DNA of 63,931 bases, counting the filler, from Octopus bimaculoides (taxonomy: Eukaryota): assembly GCF_001194135.2 (NCBI RefSeq). It is 5 parts of 5 records of this genome, joined end to end, with 100 filler letters (N's around TTAATTAATTAA, not from the genome) between each part and the next. Parts side by side here need not be neighbours in the genome. Positions count along the whole stretch, not along the records: positions 44,636 to 62,468 come from NC_068997.1; positions 62,569 to 63,931 come from NC_069008.1; 3 more parts are not named here. One strand, given 5' to 3'. Under the pieces are notes generated by a model. That model was not told the origin of the DNA. It made no database searches and saw only the letters and a program-made list of their open reading frames with translations. Positions 54,606 through 63,931 of this stretch are shown here, piece after piece. The translations under genes and the position numbers were made by a program. How positions within the stretch are numbered: the stretch's first letter is position 1; every line of letters starts with the position of its first letter.

Positions 54606-56026
54606 TGTTGTTCGAGTGTGTGACGTCTCCTGGCGAGAATAGACTGGACCACTACATGTAAATAGTAGCGGTCTGAGTAAGAGAGGTAGTTCGTCCCTCT
54701 TTGTTTAACCCTTGTGGTTTAAATAAAACCATCGTGCTAATTCCACAGTTCGTGTGTTGATAGTTCAAAGTTAGAGTTAGTGTGTTGGATTGTTGGTTCT
54801 TCAAAGATTGTTGTTACGTTCCGTGTGGTTACTGCCGGTTGTTTCAATTATATTATTACGCTGTAGCAGTTTATTCGTTTATCCATAAAGATATAACATC
54901 TGATGATGAGGATCGTTCGAAACTCACATTAGTTATTTGACCATTTCTGCGTCATGGAAAACCTATTAGCTGCAGTAGTGCAAGTCCAAGGGAATCAACA
55001 GGAAAAACTACAGGAGTTGCAAAAACAAATACAACATCAATTGGGTTAGAGTCGGCGAAATCCAAAAATCCAGTAAGCTCATTTACACCTGACGTTGTGG
55101 CTAACGCAATTTCTGAATTTACGTATAATCCGGAGGAGGGTATCACATTTCTCGCGTATTATAGAAGATACGAGGAAATTTTTAACAACGAGTGCAAGTC
55201 ATGGTCGGAGGAGCAGAAAGTAAGGTTTTTACTATGCTCCTGCTGAACATGAACTGTAACCTGATTCTGCTCAAAGCGTCGAGCGAGTGAGATTGGTTTC
55301 CAAGAAACTGTGGAACTGCTTTCATTATTCAAAACCAGAATGGAGTGTTGGAACTTAACAAAAAATAAGGACGATGATTTTATCACCTACGCCGGAGTAG
55401 TCAACCGTATGTGCAAAAATTTAAAACTCCAAGGACTCACTCAGGATATACTCAAACCACAAGGCCAGAAAGTTCGAGGGATGGGGCTAAGTCGATTACA
55501 TCGATACCGGTGCTCAACTGGTACTTATTTTATCGATCCAGAAAGGATGAAAGGCAATGTCGACCTCGGTAGAATTTGAATTCGTGTAAGCACCTGAAGA
55601 TAGAGAAATACGGACAAGGATCGTCTCGAGAGCGAACAAGGATCCTCTCGAAAGCGAACAAGGATTTATCTCTCCAGACCATCGCAGAAGAATGTGGTAA
55701 ATCGCAGAAGAATGTGGTCAGACTATGGTAAATCTTAAACATGGTAGTGACGGCACAGGATATAAGAACTACCAGTGACGGAACAGGATATAAAAATGAA
55801 AGCTGTGGGTGATGAGTATATTACGAAAATAAAAGAGGCTTTAAAAAATAAACAGAATAAAAACTCAGATGCCAGTTTTCAATTTGTGAAAATATTCTGA
55901 TGTCTGCCCAAAGAGTGTTAGTTCTTAAAAGATTGTTGTTACGTTCCGTGTGGTTACTGCAGTTTGTTTCGATTGTATTGTTATTACACTGTTGCAGTGT
56001 ATTCGTTTATCCATAAGTATATAACA
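54606..56026 (+). mobile_element. Internally deleted Ty3/Gypsy LTR retrotransposon: 5' LTR, PBS, gag pseudogene, partial 3' LTR, no pol
   Basis: The LTR 3' portions 54796-54898 and 55921-56026 align with about 10 substitutions and one 3-bp indel, and both end ATAACA. A PBS-like TCTGATGATGAGGAT is at 54899. Gag fragments: ISEFTYNPEEGITFLAYYRRYEEIF..WSEEQKVRFLL; LFKTRMECWNLTKNKDDDFITYAGVVNRMC; EIRTRI..LSLQTIAEEC (K02A2.6-like gag). Confidence 0.85.
55457..55585 (-). mobile_element. SINE-B fragment inserted in the gag pseudogene
   Basis: CCACAAGGCCAGAAAGTTCGAGGGG..GTCGATTACATCGAT..AACTGGTACTTATTTTATCGATCCAGAAAGGATGAAAGGC interrupts the gag similarity. Confidence 0.85.
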
Positions 56027-56309
56027 CAAGCCAAAGCGTGGAATTATCACAAAAAAATTTCTTTATGCGAGCACCTACAGAAACATTAAAGATACACCAA
56101 TAGAACTAAAAGAGATTCTAATACATACATTATATATTACAAATAGTTCATTTCTATTCAGTTCATTTCATTCTCATTTTCAATTTTCACGTTACTATTT
56201 TCTCTCTCACTTAAAATAGCGTTCAACATTTAATTGATTTAATAATTAATTATACCACAACGCAATCATTCCCTTAAGAAATCAATGAGTTACGCAAGGA
56301 GAACAATAT

Positions 56310-57290
56310 TAGTTTCAAAGTTTGGAAACAAGGTCAGCAAGTTTGAGGGATGGAGCTAGGTCGATTACATCGATCCCGGTTCTCAACTGGTACTTATTTT
56401 ATCGATCCAGGAAGGATGAAAGGCAATGTCAACATCAGTAGAATTTGAATTCAAAACGGAAAGACGGACGAAATGCCGTTAAGCATTTTGCCTGGCGTGC
56501 TAACGTTTCTGCCAGCTTTCCGGTATAGTTTCAACTTTTGGCACAAAGCATGAAGTTTCGGGGGAGGGAATGAATCGAATACATCGATTCCAGTACTCAG
56601 CTGGTACCTATTTTATCGATCTAGAAAGAGCAAAAGGATGAAAGTCGAACTCGGTGGAATTTCTGTTCAGAAGGTGAGGACGGACGAAATGCTGCAAAAA
56701 CATTTTGTCCGGCATGCTAACGATTCAACCAGCTCAAGGGAACAATAGTGATACTATAATAGTGAAGAGGAAAACCCTGAATATATATGCAATTCCTTTT
56801 ATTTCATTTTCCTTTGAATATTGGTTTCAAATTTTGGTACAGGGACAGCAATTTTGAGGAAGGGCGCAAGTCGATTACGTCGACCACTGATCTCAACTGG
56901 TACTCATTTTATCGAGCTCTAAAGGTCGTAAGGTAAAGTCGACCTCGGTGGAAATTGAACTCAGAACGTAAAGACAGACGAAATGCTTATTTCTTTATTG
57001 CCCACAAGGGGGCTAAACATAGAGGGGACAAACAAGGACAGACAAACGGATTAAGTCGATTACATCGACCCCAGTGCGTAACTGGTACTTATTTAATCGA
57101 CCCAGAAAGGATGAAAGGCAAAGTCGACCTCGGCGGAATTTGAACTCAGAACGTAGCGGCAGACGAAATACCGCTAAGCATTTCGCCCGGCGTGCTAACG
57201 TTACTGCCAGCTCGCCGCCTTCATAAGACAGACGAAATGCTGCTAAGCATTTTGCCCGGCGTGCTAAAGATTCTGCCATCTCACCGCCCT
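56310..57290 (-). mobile_element. Dense SINE-B cluster: copies at about 56310-56520, 56530-56735 and 56822-57290, the last holding a nested young copy at 56988-57224
   Basis: Four co-oriented copies. The nested copy is flanked by the 17-bp duplication AAGACAGACGAAATGCT (56971-56987, 57225-57241). Confidence 0.9.
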
Positions 57291-58367
57291 TTTTTGCTTT
57301 GAACATTGAGTGAGCATTTCGCGAAAAGTGAGTAAACTGGAATGACCTTTACTCATAAGTATACTGAACAAATGCGATTTCGTAGATTCACTTGACAGAC
57401 TTCCTAATAAGAATGATTTGGTTCATTTGCATCTGTACACCCCCCCCACACACACACAAACACACAAACACACACACATGCATGCAAACACGCGCAGACA
57501 CACAAATAAAGCAGCTATGATAACGTAGAGTCGCAAACACTCATTTGGATATTTGAGACTAAATTCAGACTATTAATACACTAATCAAAACATAAGTCAA
57601 CAGAAGATGAAATACGCGTGCAGGGAGCCGCAGATACAAAGAAAATGATAATCATAGGGACATAACTAGTGATGTGAGCGACTGGCACCAATTCAAAACG
57701 AATATGGAAAATATTTATGGGTACCCTGATTTTAAAAACCAGCATGAAGACGTTAATTAAAAGACATTACACGAAGATGCACCGATTGGTAAAGTTAAGA
57801 AAAGTATTACAATTTGAATCAATAACCTTACATCCTGATATTAAGGTTTCTTTTACTTATGTATATATATATANNNNNNNNNNNNNNNNNNNNNNNNNNN
57901 NNNNNNNNNNNNNNNNNNNNNNNNNNNNNNNNNNNNNNNNNNNNNNNNNNNNNNNNNNNNNNNNNNNNNNNNNNNNNNNNNNNNNNNNNNNNNNNNNNNN
58001 NNNNNNNNNNNNNNNNNNNNNNNNNNNNNNNNNNNNNNNNNNNNNNNNNNNNNNNNNNNNNNNNNNNNNNNNNNNNNNNNNNNNNNNNNNNNNNNNNNNN
58101 NNNNNNNNNNNNNNNNNNNNNNNNNNNNNNNNNNNNNNNNNNNNNNNNNNNNNNNNNNNNNNNNNNNNNNNNNNNNNNNNNNNNNNNNNNNNNNNNNNNN
58201 NNNNNNNNNNNNNNNNNNNNNNNNNNNNNNNNNNNNNNNNNNNNNNNNNNNNNNNNNNNNNNNNNNNNNNNNNNNNNNNNNNNNNNNNNNNNNNNNNNNN
58301 NNNNNNNNNNNNNNNNNNNNNNNNNNNNNNNNNNNNNNNNNNNNNNNNNNNNNNNNNNNNNNNNNNT

Positions 58368-58600
58368 ATATGTGTATGTATATGTGTGCGTGTGTTTGTC
58401 CCCCAACATCGCTTGACAACCGATGCTGGTGTGTTTACGTCCCCGTAGCTTAGCGGTTCGGCAAAAGTGACCGATAGAATAAGTACTATGCTTCCAAAGA
58501 ATAAGTCCTGGGGTCGATTTGCTCGACTAAAGGCGGTGCTCCAGCATGGCCGCAGTCAAATGACTGAAACAAGTAAAAGAGTAAAAGAGTAGAGTAAAAG
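58368..58600 (+). mobile_element. SINE family A, 3' half (5' part in the gap)
   Basis: Close match to the SINE-A 3' region. Confidence 0.92.
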
Positions 58601-58710
58601 AGTGTGTGTGTGTATGTGTATGTGTGTGTGTGTGTGTGTGTGTATAGATATAGATATTTATACATACATTTATTCATAAATACATATGTTTATATATTTT
58701 GTTATTCTGT

Positions 58711-59002
58711 TACTTGTTGCAGTCATTTGATTGCGGCCGTGCTGGAGCACCGCCTTAGAGAGTTTTTAGTCGAAGAAATCGACCCCAGTACTTATTTTTT
58801 GTAAGCCTAGCATTTATTTTATCGGTCCAGTTTGCGGAACTGCTAAGTATCACGGATGTAAGCACACCATCAGTTGTGTGAAGCGATGATAGGGACAAAC
58901 ACACACACATACACACATAAATGCACACACACACAATACGCACACACATACTACAGGCTCCTTTCAGTTTCCGTCTACCAAATACACTCGCAAGGCTTTG
59001 AT
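58711..59002 (-). mobile_element. SINE family A, 5'-truncated, inverted relative to the 58368 copy
   Basis: TACTTGTTGCAGTCATTTGATTGCGGCCGTGCTGGAGCACCGCC...CTTTCAGTTTCCGTCTACCAAAT..CGCAAGGCTTTG. Confidence 0.85.
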
Positions 59003-60329
59003 CAATGTTTAATGGCAACGTAATGCGACTCGACAAAATTATACTATGAAGTATGTTGAGGAAGAATAAACATATGCAGTCGTATTAAATAGAAATCTTA
59101 ATTAAATATACGAAATGTATGGTTGCGTTCATTCTGTAAATGTAATTATATAGGAATTAAAACAAGAAATTAAAAAGTAGACCAAATCCAGAATGACCTA
59201 CACACACGCGGTCACTGACACACATACGTATACATATATAAAAATAGATATATACAAATAGACAGACAACGATCTTTCCTTATTCAAGATGATTGGGCGT
59301 GATTTAAAAGCTTTATTTACTAGTTGAGTATCTTTCCATAAGCCGTTTTAAAATATAAATACGATGATACCATAAAAATATATCAGTGATTATTTATTCA
59401 GCAAATAAATACACAACAGAAATTATAAGTTCATTGGTTTATATGTTAAGATATATTTAGCCATGTTTTAAACAAATTGTCCTAAAATTGCAAACTTCTA
59501 CTCGTTTTTAGTTACTTTTAGCACCAAAATATTCATGACTTCTTATGATTCTCAGTTTGATTGTATGAACGAACAGACCTGCCCAAAATTGATCACAAAT
59601 CCGAGAGACTGTTTCAGAATTTAATTACTCCTTAATTATGCAACACTTTTAATTAAATCAACTGCATACCGGCAAAATATGAAACAGCCTCTCTGAAGTT
59701 GACATATATTCTAATAATTCTATTGAATGGATATACGTGGACATAATTTCCGGTTACCTTATATGGTTAGTGGCAGATTATTATGTTTTATTATTAATTA
59801 TTTATTATATTTTAGTATTAATTAATGAATAACTGTGAAAATAAGATACGATCTTATGGTAATTATAAATGATAATCTCAAAGAGAATATCTTTACATAG
59901 TGAAATGATGTTCCGACATCTTCGAGTTGTAGAATATAGTGAATTCGTTGAGTTGTAAATTAAACTGACAGCTTCACTGAACTGCGGCTAATCCTTTCAT
60001 GACTGCCTATATTGTTAACTTCATCTTCTACCAAGCAGATTTATTACGTTGTTACAAGAATATCTTAGTATCATGTATCTTGAAGAATCTCTATCAAGAA
60101 ACTATCAGCAACTTATCATCGATTAAACATGAAAAGCGTTTTAAGCTACTCTCCTACGTTTATAATTTACCCCATCATCACTGATATATCACTCCAGTAT
60201 AATTTATTTTCGTATTTTGAGCTTTAAACTAAGATGTAATTTCCTAGAACTTCATTTTTAATTTAAGCATGTTAAAATATGTTGATAACGAGAAGAAAGT
60301 GCTTTTTTTCACTAACCAAAGTGAATGGA

Positions 60330-60567
60330 GCCTTGGCTAGGTGGAACTGTTGTTATCAGATAGTATCCTATGATCATCGGGTGTCTCAACCTTAAACTGT
60401 AACACCCACTCATTGGTGGGTCAACAGAGGTGGCCAAATCACTGCTCCCCATCTCCTTCTGGCTTCCAGCTTAATTCTTCTCTCTTGCTCCGTAACCAAG
60501 AAAAGGCTCTTTTAGTTGCTTCTCTCATCCTGTGCACAGCCATATTTCGCTTCTTTCCTCTCCTTCC

Positions 60568-60570
<3 letters not shown>
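60330..60570 (-). mobile_element. HERO-like (NeSL/R2-group) LINE 3' end
   Basis: 60439-60570 on the minus strand translates to SGRRGKKRNMAVHRMREATKRAFSWLRSKREELSWKPEGDGEQ*. This resembles the recalled 'EAAERASxWLWxRREExSWK' C-terminus of HERO elements and abuts a (GT)n tract. Confidence 0.55.
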
Positions 60571-60612
<42 letters not shown>

Positions 60613-60717
60613 NNNNNNNNNNNNNNNNNNNNNNNNNNNNNNNNNNNNNNNNNNNNNNNNNNNNNNNNNNNNNNNNNNNNNNNNNNNNNNNNNNNNNNNN
60701 NNNNNNNNNNNNNNNNN

Positions 60718-60772
<55 letters not shown>

Positions 60773-60780
60773 TGTGTATA

Positions 60781-61988
60781 AACTTAACCACAAAAGAAAC
60801 GTCGCATACATACTAAATAAAAAACTGAATTATTAATAGACTGCCATAGCATTTATTGAAGAGTACTAATTAAGAAACCGTTTTCTCCTAATGATAAAAC
60901 GTCATTTCCTGAAATATGTTTGATGTCACATGATGTCACGTGATGATGGAGTGTCCTGGATCCAAAGAGATGCACTCAAAATCTGGTGTGACTGCCGTTA
61001 GCGTTGATTACCGCCTGACATCTCCTGTACATTGAATTCACCAAACGATTGATGAAAGCCATGTGGATAGCAGCCCACACTCTGTTAAAATTTGATGTGA
61101 GTTGTGCCGTAGTTGTCGGCCTTGGACGGATGTCATTTAGCCTTCTTTGGATTTTGTCGTCCCTATGAATCTCCCTCAACCACACAGCCATCGGCATGAC
61201 ATTCACCCCATCTTCTCCAAACCCTAGCTCTGCCATCTCCCACAGAAATGCAATATCAACTTTCGTCAGAGAAGAGTACATTCCTCCACTGCGGATATCG
61301 CCAATTCTGACGTTTTTAAGCCACATACCGATGACGATCTGTGAGGATGTGCTCCCTAGCTGGACGTCGACAAGATAGACTGAAAAATCTCAGCTGTCAG
61401 CGAAGTGCCTCTGCACAAATTGGTCTGTGGTGAGTCCCTATTGTCTGGCTAGCTGATTCCGTTGCACTCCTAAATCGGTCCTGCAAGTGCTACCAGTGCA
61501 GGTGACGATCTTGACTTGCACCCTTAATCCTCGATTGTCCACTGCGTGGACGATCATCCATGGTGTTTGTGGCATTGTATCATTCCTACAGCGGGTCAAA
61601 TGTCCGAATATTGCGGTTCAAGTCATTAGCAATGAACCGATTGCTCCCTCAGATTTCGTGTCAGTCTTGGCCTGCTTGCTGCGTTCGGGAAACGAATGAC
61701 AGACAAGCTGGTAAAGTTGGGTGCTTTTCATACTTAATGAGTCAACGTTTTGCAAGTGTATCATGCTTTTCATAAAGATGCGTTCGCAGGCTTTACCATG
61801 TTACGAAAAGTGAGCGAATTCGAACCCTTCATGCAATCCATGTGTTTTCAAAAGAGAGTGATGTTATGAGTCAGTGAGATCGTCCTGATGTCAAATTAGC
61901 TAGAAATGTGATGAAATCCATATAAGGTCAATATAATATGTGAAACAAATAATCTTTTACAGTGCGACGTTTTCATTTGTAGTTCAGT
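60781..61988 (-). mobile_element. Tc1-family DNA transposon fossil (about 1.2 kb) with both TIRs and a deleted, stop-containing transposase
   Basis: Imperfect TIRs ACTTAACCACAAAAGAAACGTCGCA (60782-60806) and the reverse complement ACTGAACTACAAATGAAAACGTCGCA (61963-61988), with TA flanks. Minus-strand motifs: DDRPRSG..QDRH..QDRFRSAT, QWRNVLFSDES, and C-terminal FINRLVNSMYRRCQAVINANGSHTRF*. Confidence 0.9.
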
Positions 61989-62101
61989 ATATATATATAT
62001 ATATCTTGTATAAAGGATCGTGGGCAAATGCAATGCGAAGTAAATGCGAAGTAAATAACATAACAAGAAAGCAAATATGTGAATTAATGTAGACTTACCT
62101 G

Positions 62102-62197
62102 GTATTCAATATTTCGGATGAATGTTGCCGGTAATCAACATCGGCAACATTTGTCTATTTCTTGAAAATGGGGTCATAACCTCGAAATATTGAATAC
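62102..62197. repeat. Nested inverted repeats (15-bp outer stem, 10-bp inner stem)
   Basis: GTATTCAATATTTCG (62102-62116) pairs with CGAAATATTGAATAC (62183-62197). AATGTTGCCG (62121-62130) pairs with CGGCAACATT (62142-62151). All four arms are perfect. Confidence 0.85.
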
Positions 62198-62351
62198 AAC
62201 GTTTTCTTGTGATTTACCTTGCATTTACTTACACATTGTTTTGGCCTTACTCACGACCTTTTATACAAGATATTCTACACAATGCTTCATAGTAATTATT
62301 CAATTATATATATATATATATATATATATCAAATAATAAGCAACACGGATT

Positions 62352-62468
62352 TCAAAAGTGATTGCAGTACGCACGTTTCATGCTACTTCATATTGCATTT
62401 AAGGTAATGCTCACATTACTTAAATAAATTGAAGTAGCATGAAACGTGCGTACTGCAATCACTTTTGA
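62352..62468. repeat. 117-bp near-palindrome ending at a scaffold gap
   Basis: Perfect 39-bp arms at 62352-62390 and 62430-62468. The inner segment ATTTAAGGTAATG-CTCA-CATTACTTAAAT also pairs. Confidence 0.85.
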
Positions 62469-62807
62469 NNNNNNNNNNNNNNNNNNNNNNNNNNNNNNNN
62501 NNNNNNNNNNNNTTAATTAATTAANNNNNNNNNNNNNNNNNNNNNNNNNNNNNNNNNNNNNNNNNNNNAAAACAGACTTTTGAAAAATGTTATTAGAATC
62601 GGATCCATAACCAAAAACGTGGGATTCCGTAAAAAGTGTATTTTCCCAAAGGTTACGAAGGAAAAATCGGATCTCGTGAATTTTCCGAGGGTACCCACAC
62701 TCTCCAGGTTCGTTTGCGCAAGTCTTTCATATTAGCTTTCTAGTTAACAACCAGCAAGCTGCTTTTCTTATGTTGTTAACGGGTGAAAATCTTTGTATTA
62801 ACCAAAC

Positions 62808-63405
62808 TCGGTACTATTCAAGAAGAGTGGTCCCGGTGCGCGCTAGCTAGTCGTGACTAGTCGATCCTACAACGACTATCTAGCGCGTATGCGCAAAACC
62901 TGAGGGTTTTTAAAACAGTAATTTTTTTAAAAATAAAGTAAATATTTTTTTCTTGTTGAATCTTCCCCATCTTACTCTTAAAACGTCGTTTTACGTTCTT
63001 TCAAGGAGTGTGTCACATCTATTTCAGTAATCCCATTGTACGCACTTCAATAATCAGAATTTAGTCGTCTCGGTGAGGTACAAAGACTAAAAACCTATTT
63101 TTATCCTCTTTATCCCATCCTCCATTGTATTTGGGCTTGCACATCATACATTCATCTATTTCTACGATGTGCCTAAGTCCAAACGCAAAAGATAATTACT
63201 GGTAAAGTCCCTTGAACTGTATATTTTGAAAGACCGACTTTTTAAACGGACTCTTTACCAAAAACAGTGTATAATTTATTTACTTTGTTTAGAAAAAAAC
63301 CCTCATACATGTTTTGCGCATGACACTTTAGGTAGTCGTAGGATCGATTAGTCACGACGTGCCAGCGCAAGTGTGCGGACCGGGACAACTCTTGAATAGT
63401 ACCGA
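62808..63405. mobile_element. Non-autonomous DNA transposon/MITE with about 130-bp diverged TIRs, superfamily unassigned
   Basis: The left arm (62808-62944) reads TCGGTACTATTCAAG..GTCCCGGT..GTCGTGACTAGTCGATCCTAC..ATGCGCAAAAC..TGAGGGTTTTT..AAAGTAAATA. It matches the reverse complement of 63277-63405 block by block. No TSD was seen. Confidence 0.75.
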
Positions 63406-63571
63406 AAATTTTTCGCACTTAACGTCATCTGACAAATTAATTTTTATTTTCAAGGTGCTAAACTGCATTAGACCCTCAAGGATTTAAATTACAACGGAGA
63501 TGAATTATTGTCATGAACGAAAATCGCAGATCAATAGGAAATCGAAAGTTTACAATCACGAAAATATAGGT

Positions 63572-63587
63572 GGCCCTTAGAAGGACC
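63572..63587 (-). promoter_or_regulatory. Histone 3' UTR stem-loop
   Basis: The minus strand reads AAAAAC-GGTCCT-TCTA-AGGGCC-ACC, 20 nt after the H2B stop. It fits the 6-bp stem and U-Y-U-N loop consensus bound by SLBP. Confidence 0.88.
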
Positions 63588-63607
63588 GTTTTTCGAGAGA
63601 CCAAGAT

Positions 63608-63931
63608 TTACTTGCTGCTGGTGTATTTGGTAACAGCCTTGGTACCTTCAGAGACGGCGTGTTTAGCCAACTCACCGGGGAGAAGCAGACGCACAGCAGT
63701 CTGTACCTCACGGCTACTGATGGTTGAACGCTTGTTGTAGTGAGCCAAACGGCTGGCTTCAGAAGCTATTCTTTCGAACAAATCGTTGACAAAACTGTTC
63801 ATGATAGACATAGCTTTGCTGGAGATGCCAGTGTCGGGGTGGACTTGTTTCATTACTTTGTAGATGTAGATGGAATAACTTTCCTTCCTCTTCTTCTTTC
63901 GTTTCTTGTCCCCAGCGGGGCGAGTGGCCTT
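63608..63931 (-). CDS. H2B: Histone H2B, 5'-partial (start codon lies beyond the window edge)
   Basis: Open frame from the window end: [107 protein letters not shown]. No introns in the visible part, and a stem-loop follows. Confidence 0.98.
   Translation of the reverse strand, partial: KATRPAGDKKRKKKRKESYSIYIYKVMKQVHPDTGISSKAMSIMNSFVNDLFERIASEASRLAHYNKRSTISSREVQTAVRLLLPGELAKHAVSEGTKAVTKYTSSK

Noticed and set aside
54900-54930. CTGATGA...GAAAC hammerhead-like spacing
   Set aside because: It coincides with the primer-binding site just after the LTR end, and stems I and III give only 2-3 bp.
60350-60395. Possible type II hammerhead in the HERO-like 3' UTR (GAGA...CTGATAA on the minus strand)
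   Set aside because: Both core boxes deviate from consensus and I could not fold the stems. Only a family consensus could revive it.
62093-62102. ACTTACCTGG matching the U1 snRNA 5' end, or a minus-strand splice donor CAG|GTAAGT
   Set aside because: No further U1 sequence follows and no convincing exon frame lies upstream on the minus strand. A 10-mer match is expected by chance.
62625-62639. 15-mer TTCCGTAAAAAGTGT shared with the Merlin-like TIR
   Set aside because: The flanks do not align, and isolated 15-mer matches are expected among all pairs in 64 kb of AT-rich DNA.

Overview
AT-rich, microsatellite-saturated, gap-ridden eukaryotic DNA. The SINE repertoire, repeat density and N44-TTAATTAATTAA-N44 scaffold linkers suggest a coleoid cephalopod draft assembly, probably Octopus; this is an inference, not a database result. 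The only recognisable host gene is a replication-dependent-type histone H2B on the minus strand, cut by the right window edge and followed by its 3' stem-loop. Most other interpretable sequence is transposon debris: two very abundant tRNA-derived SINE families plus a third, RTE, R4/Dong and HERO-like LINE ends, Penelope-like remnants, a gag-only Ty3/Gypsy derivative, a solo LTR, Tc1, mariner, maT-like, pogo-like and hAT fossils, a Helitron-like end and several MITEs. The most notable observations are: (1) a nearly intact minimal type I hammerhead ribozyme at 34849-34894, plus three decayed hammerhead-like motifs in Penelope-like contexts; (2) a Merlin-like MITE at 39104-39500 carrying head-to-head (TTAGGG)n/(CCCTAA)n arrays; (3) a solo LTR whose removal restores a Dong LINE reading frame; (4) a strong minus-strand bias of one SINE family; (5) several long hairpins, including a cluster downstream of H2B. 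No CRISPR array, rRNA or intact tRNA was seen. I found no evidence for a new multi-gene system. Nearly all ORFs in the supplied track are translations of microsatellites or N gaps. Family assignments come from recalled motif similarity by eye and need database confirmation. Many repeat boundaries are approximate.
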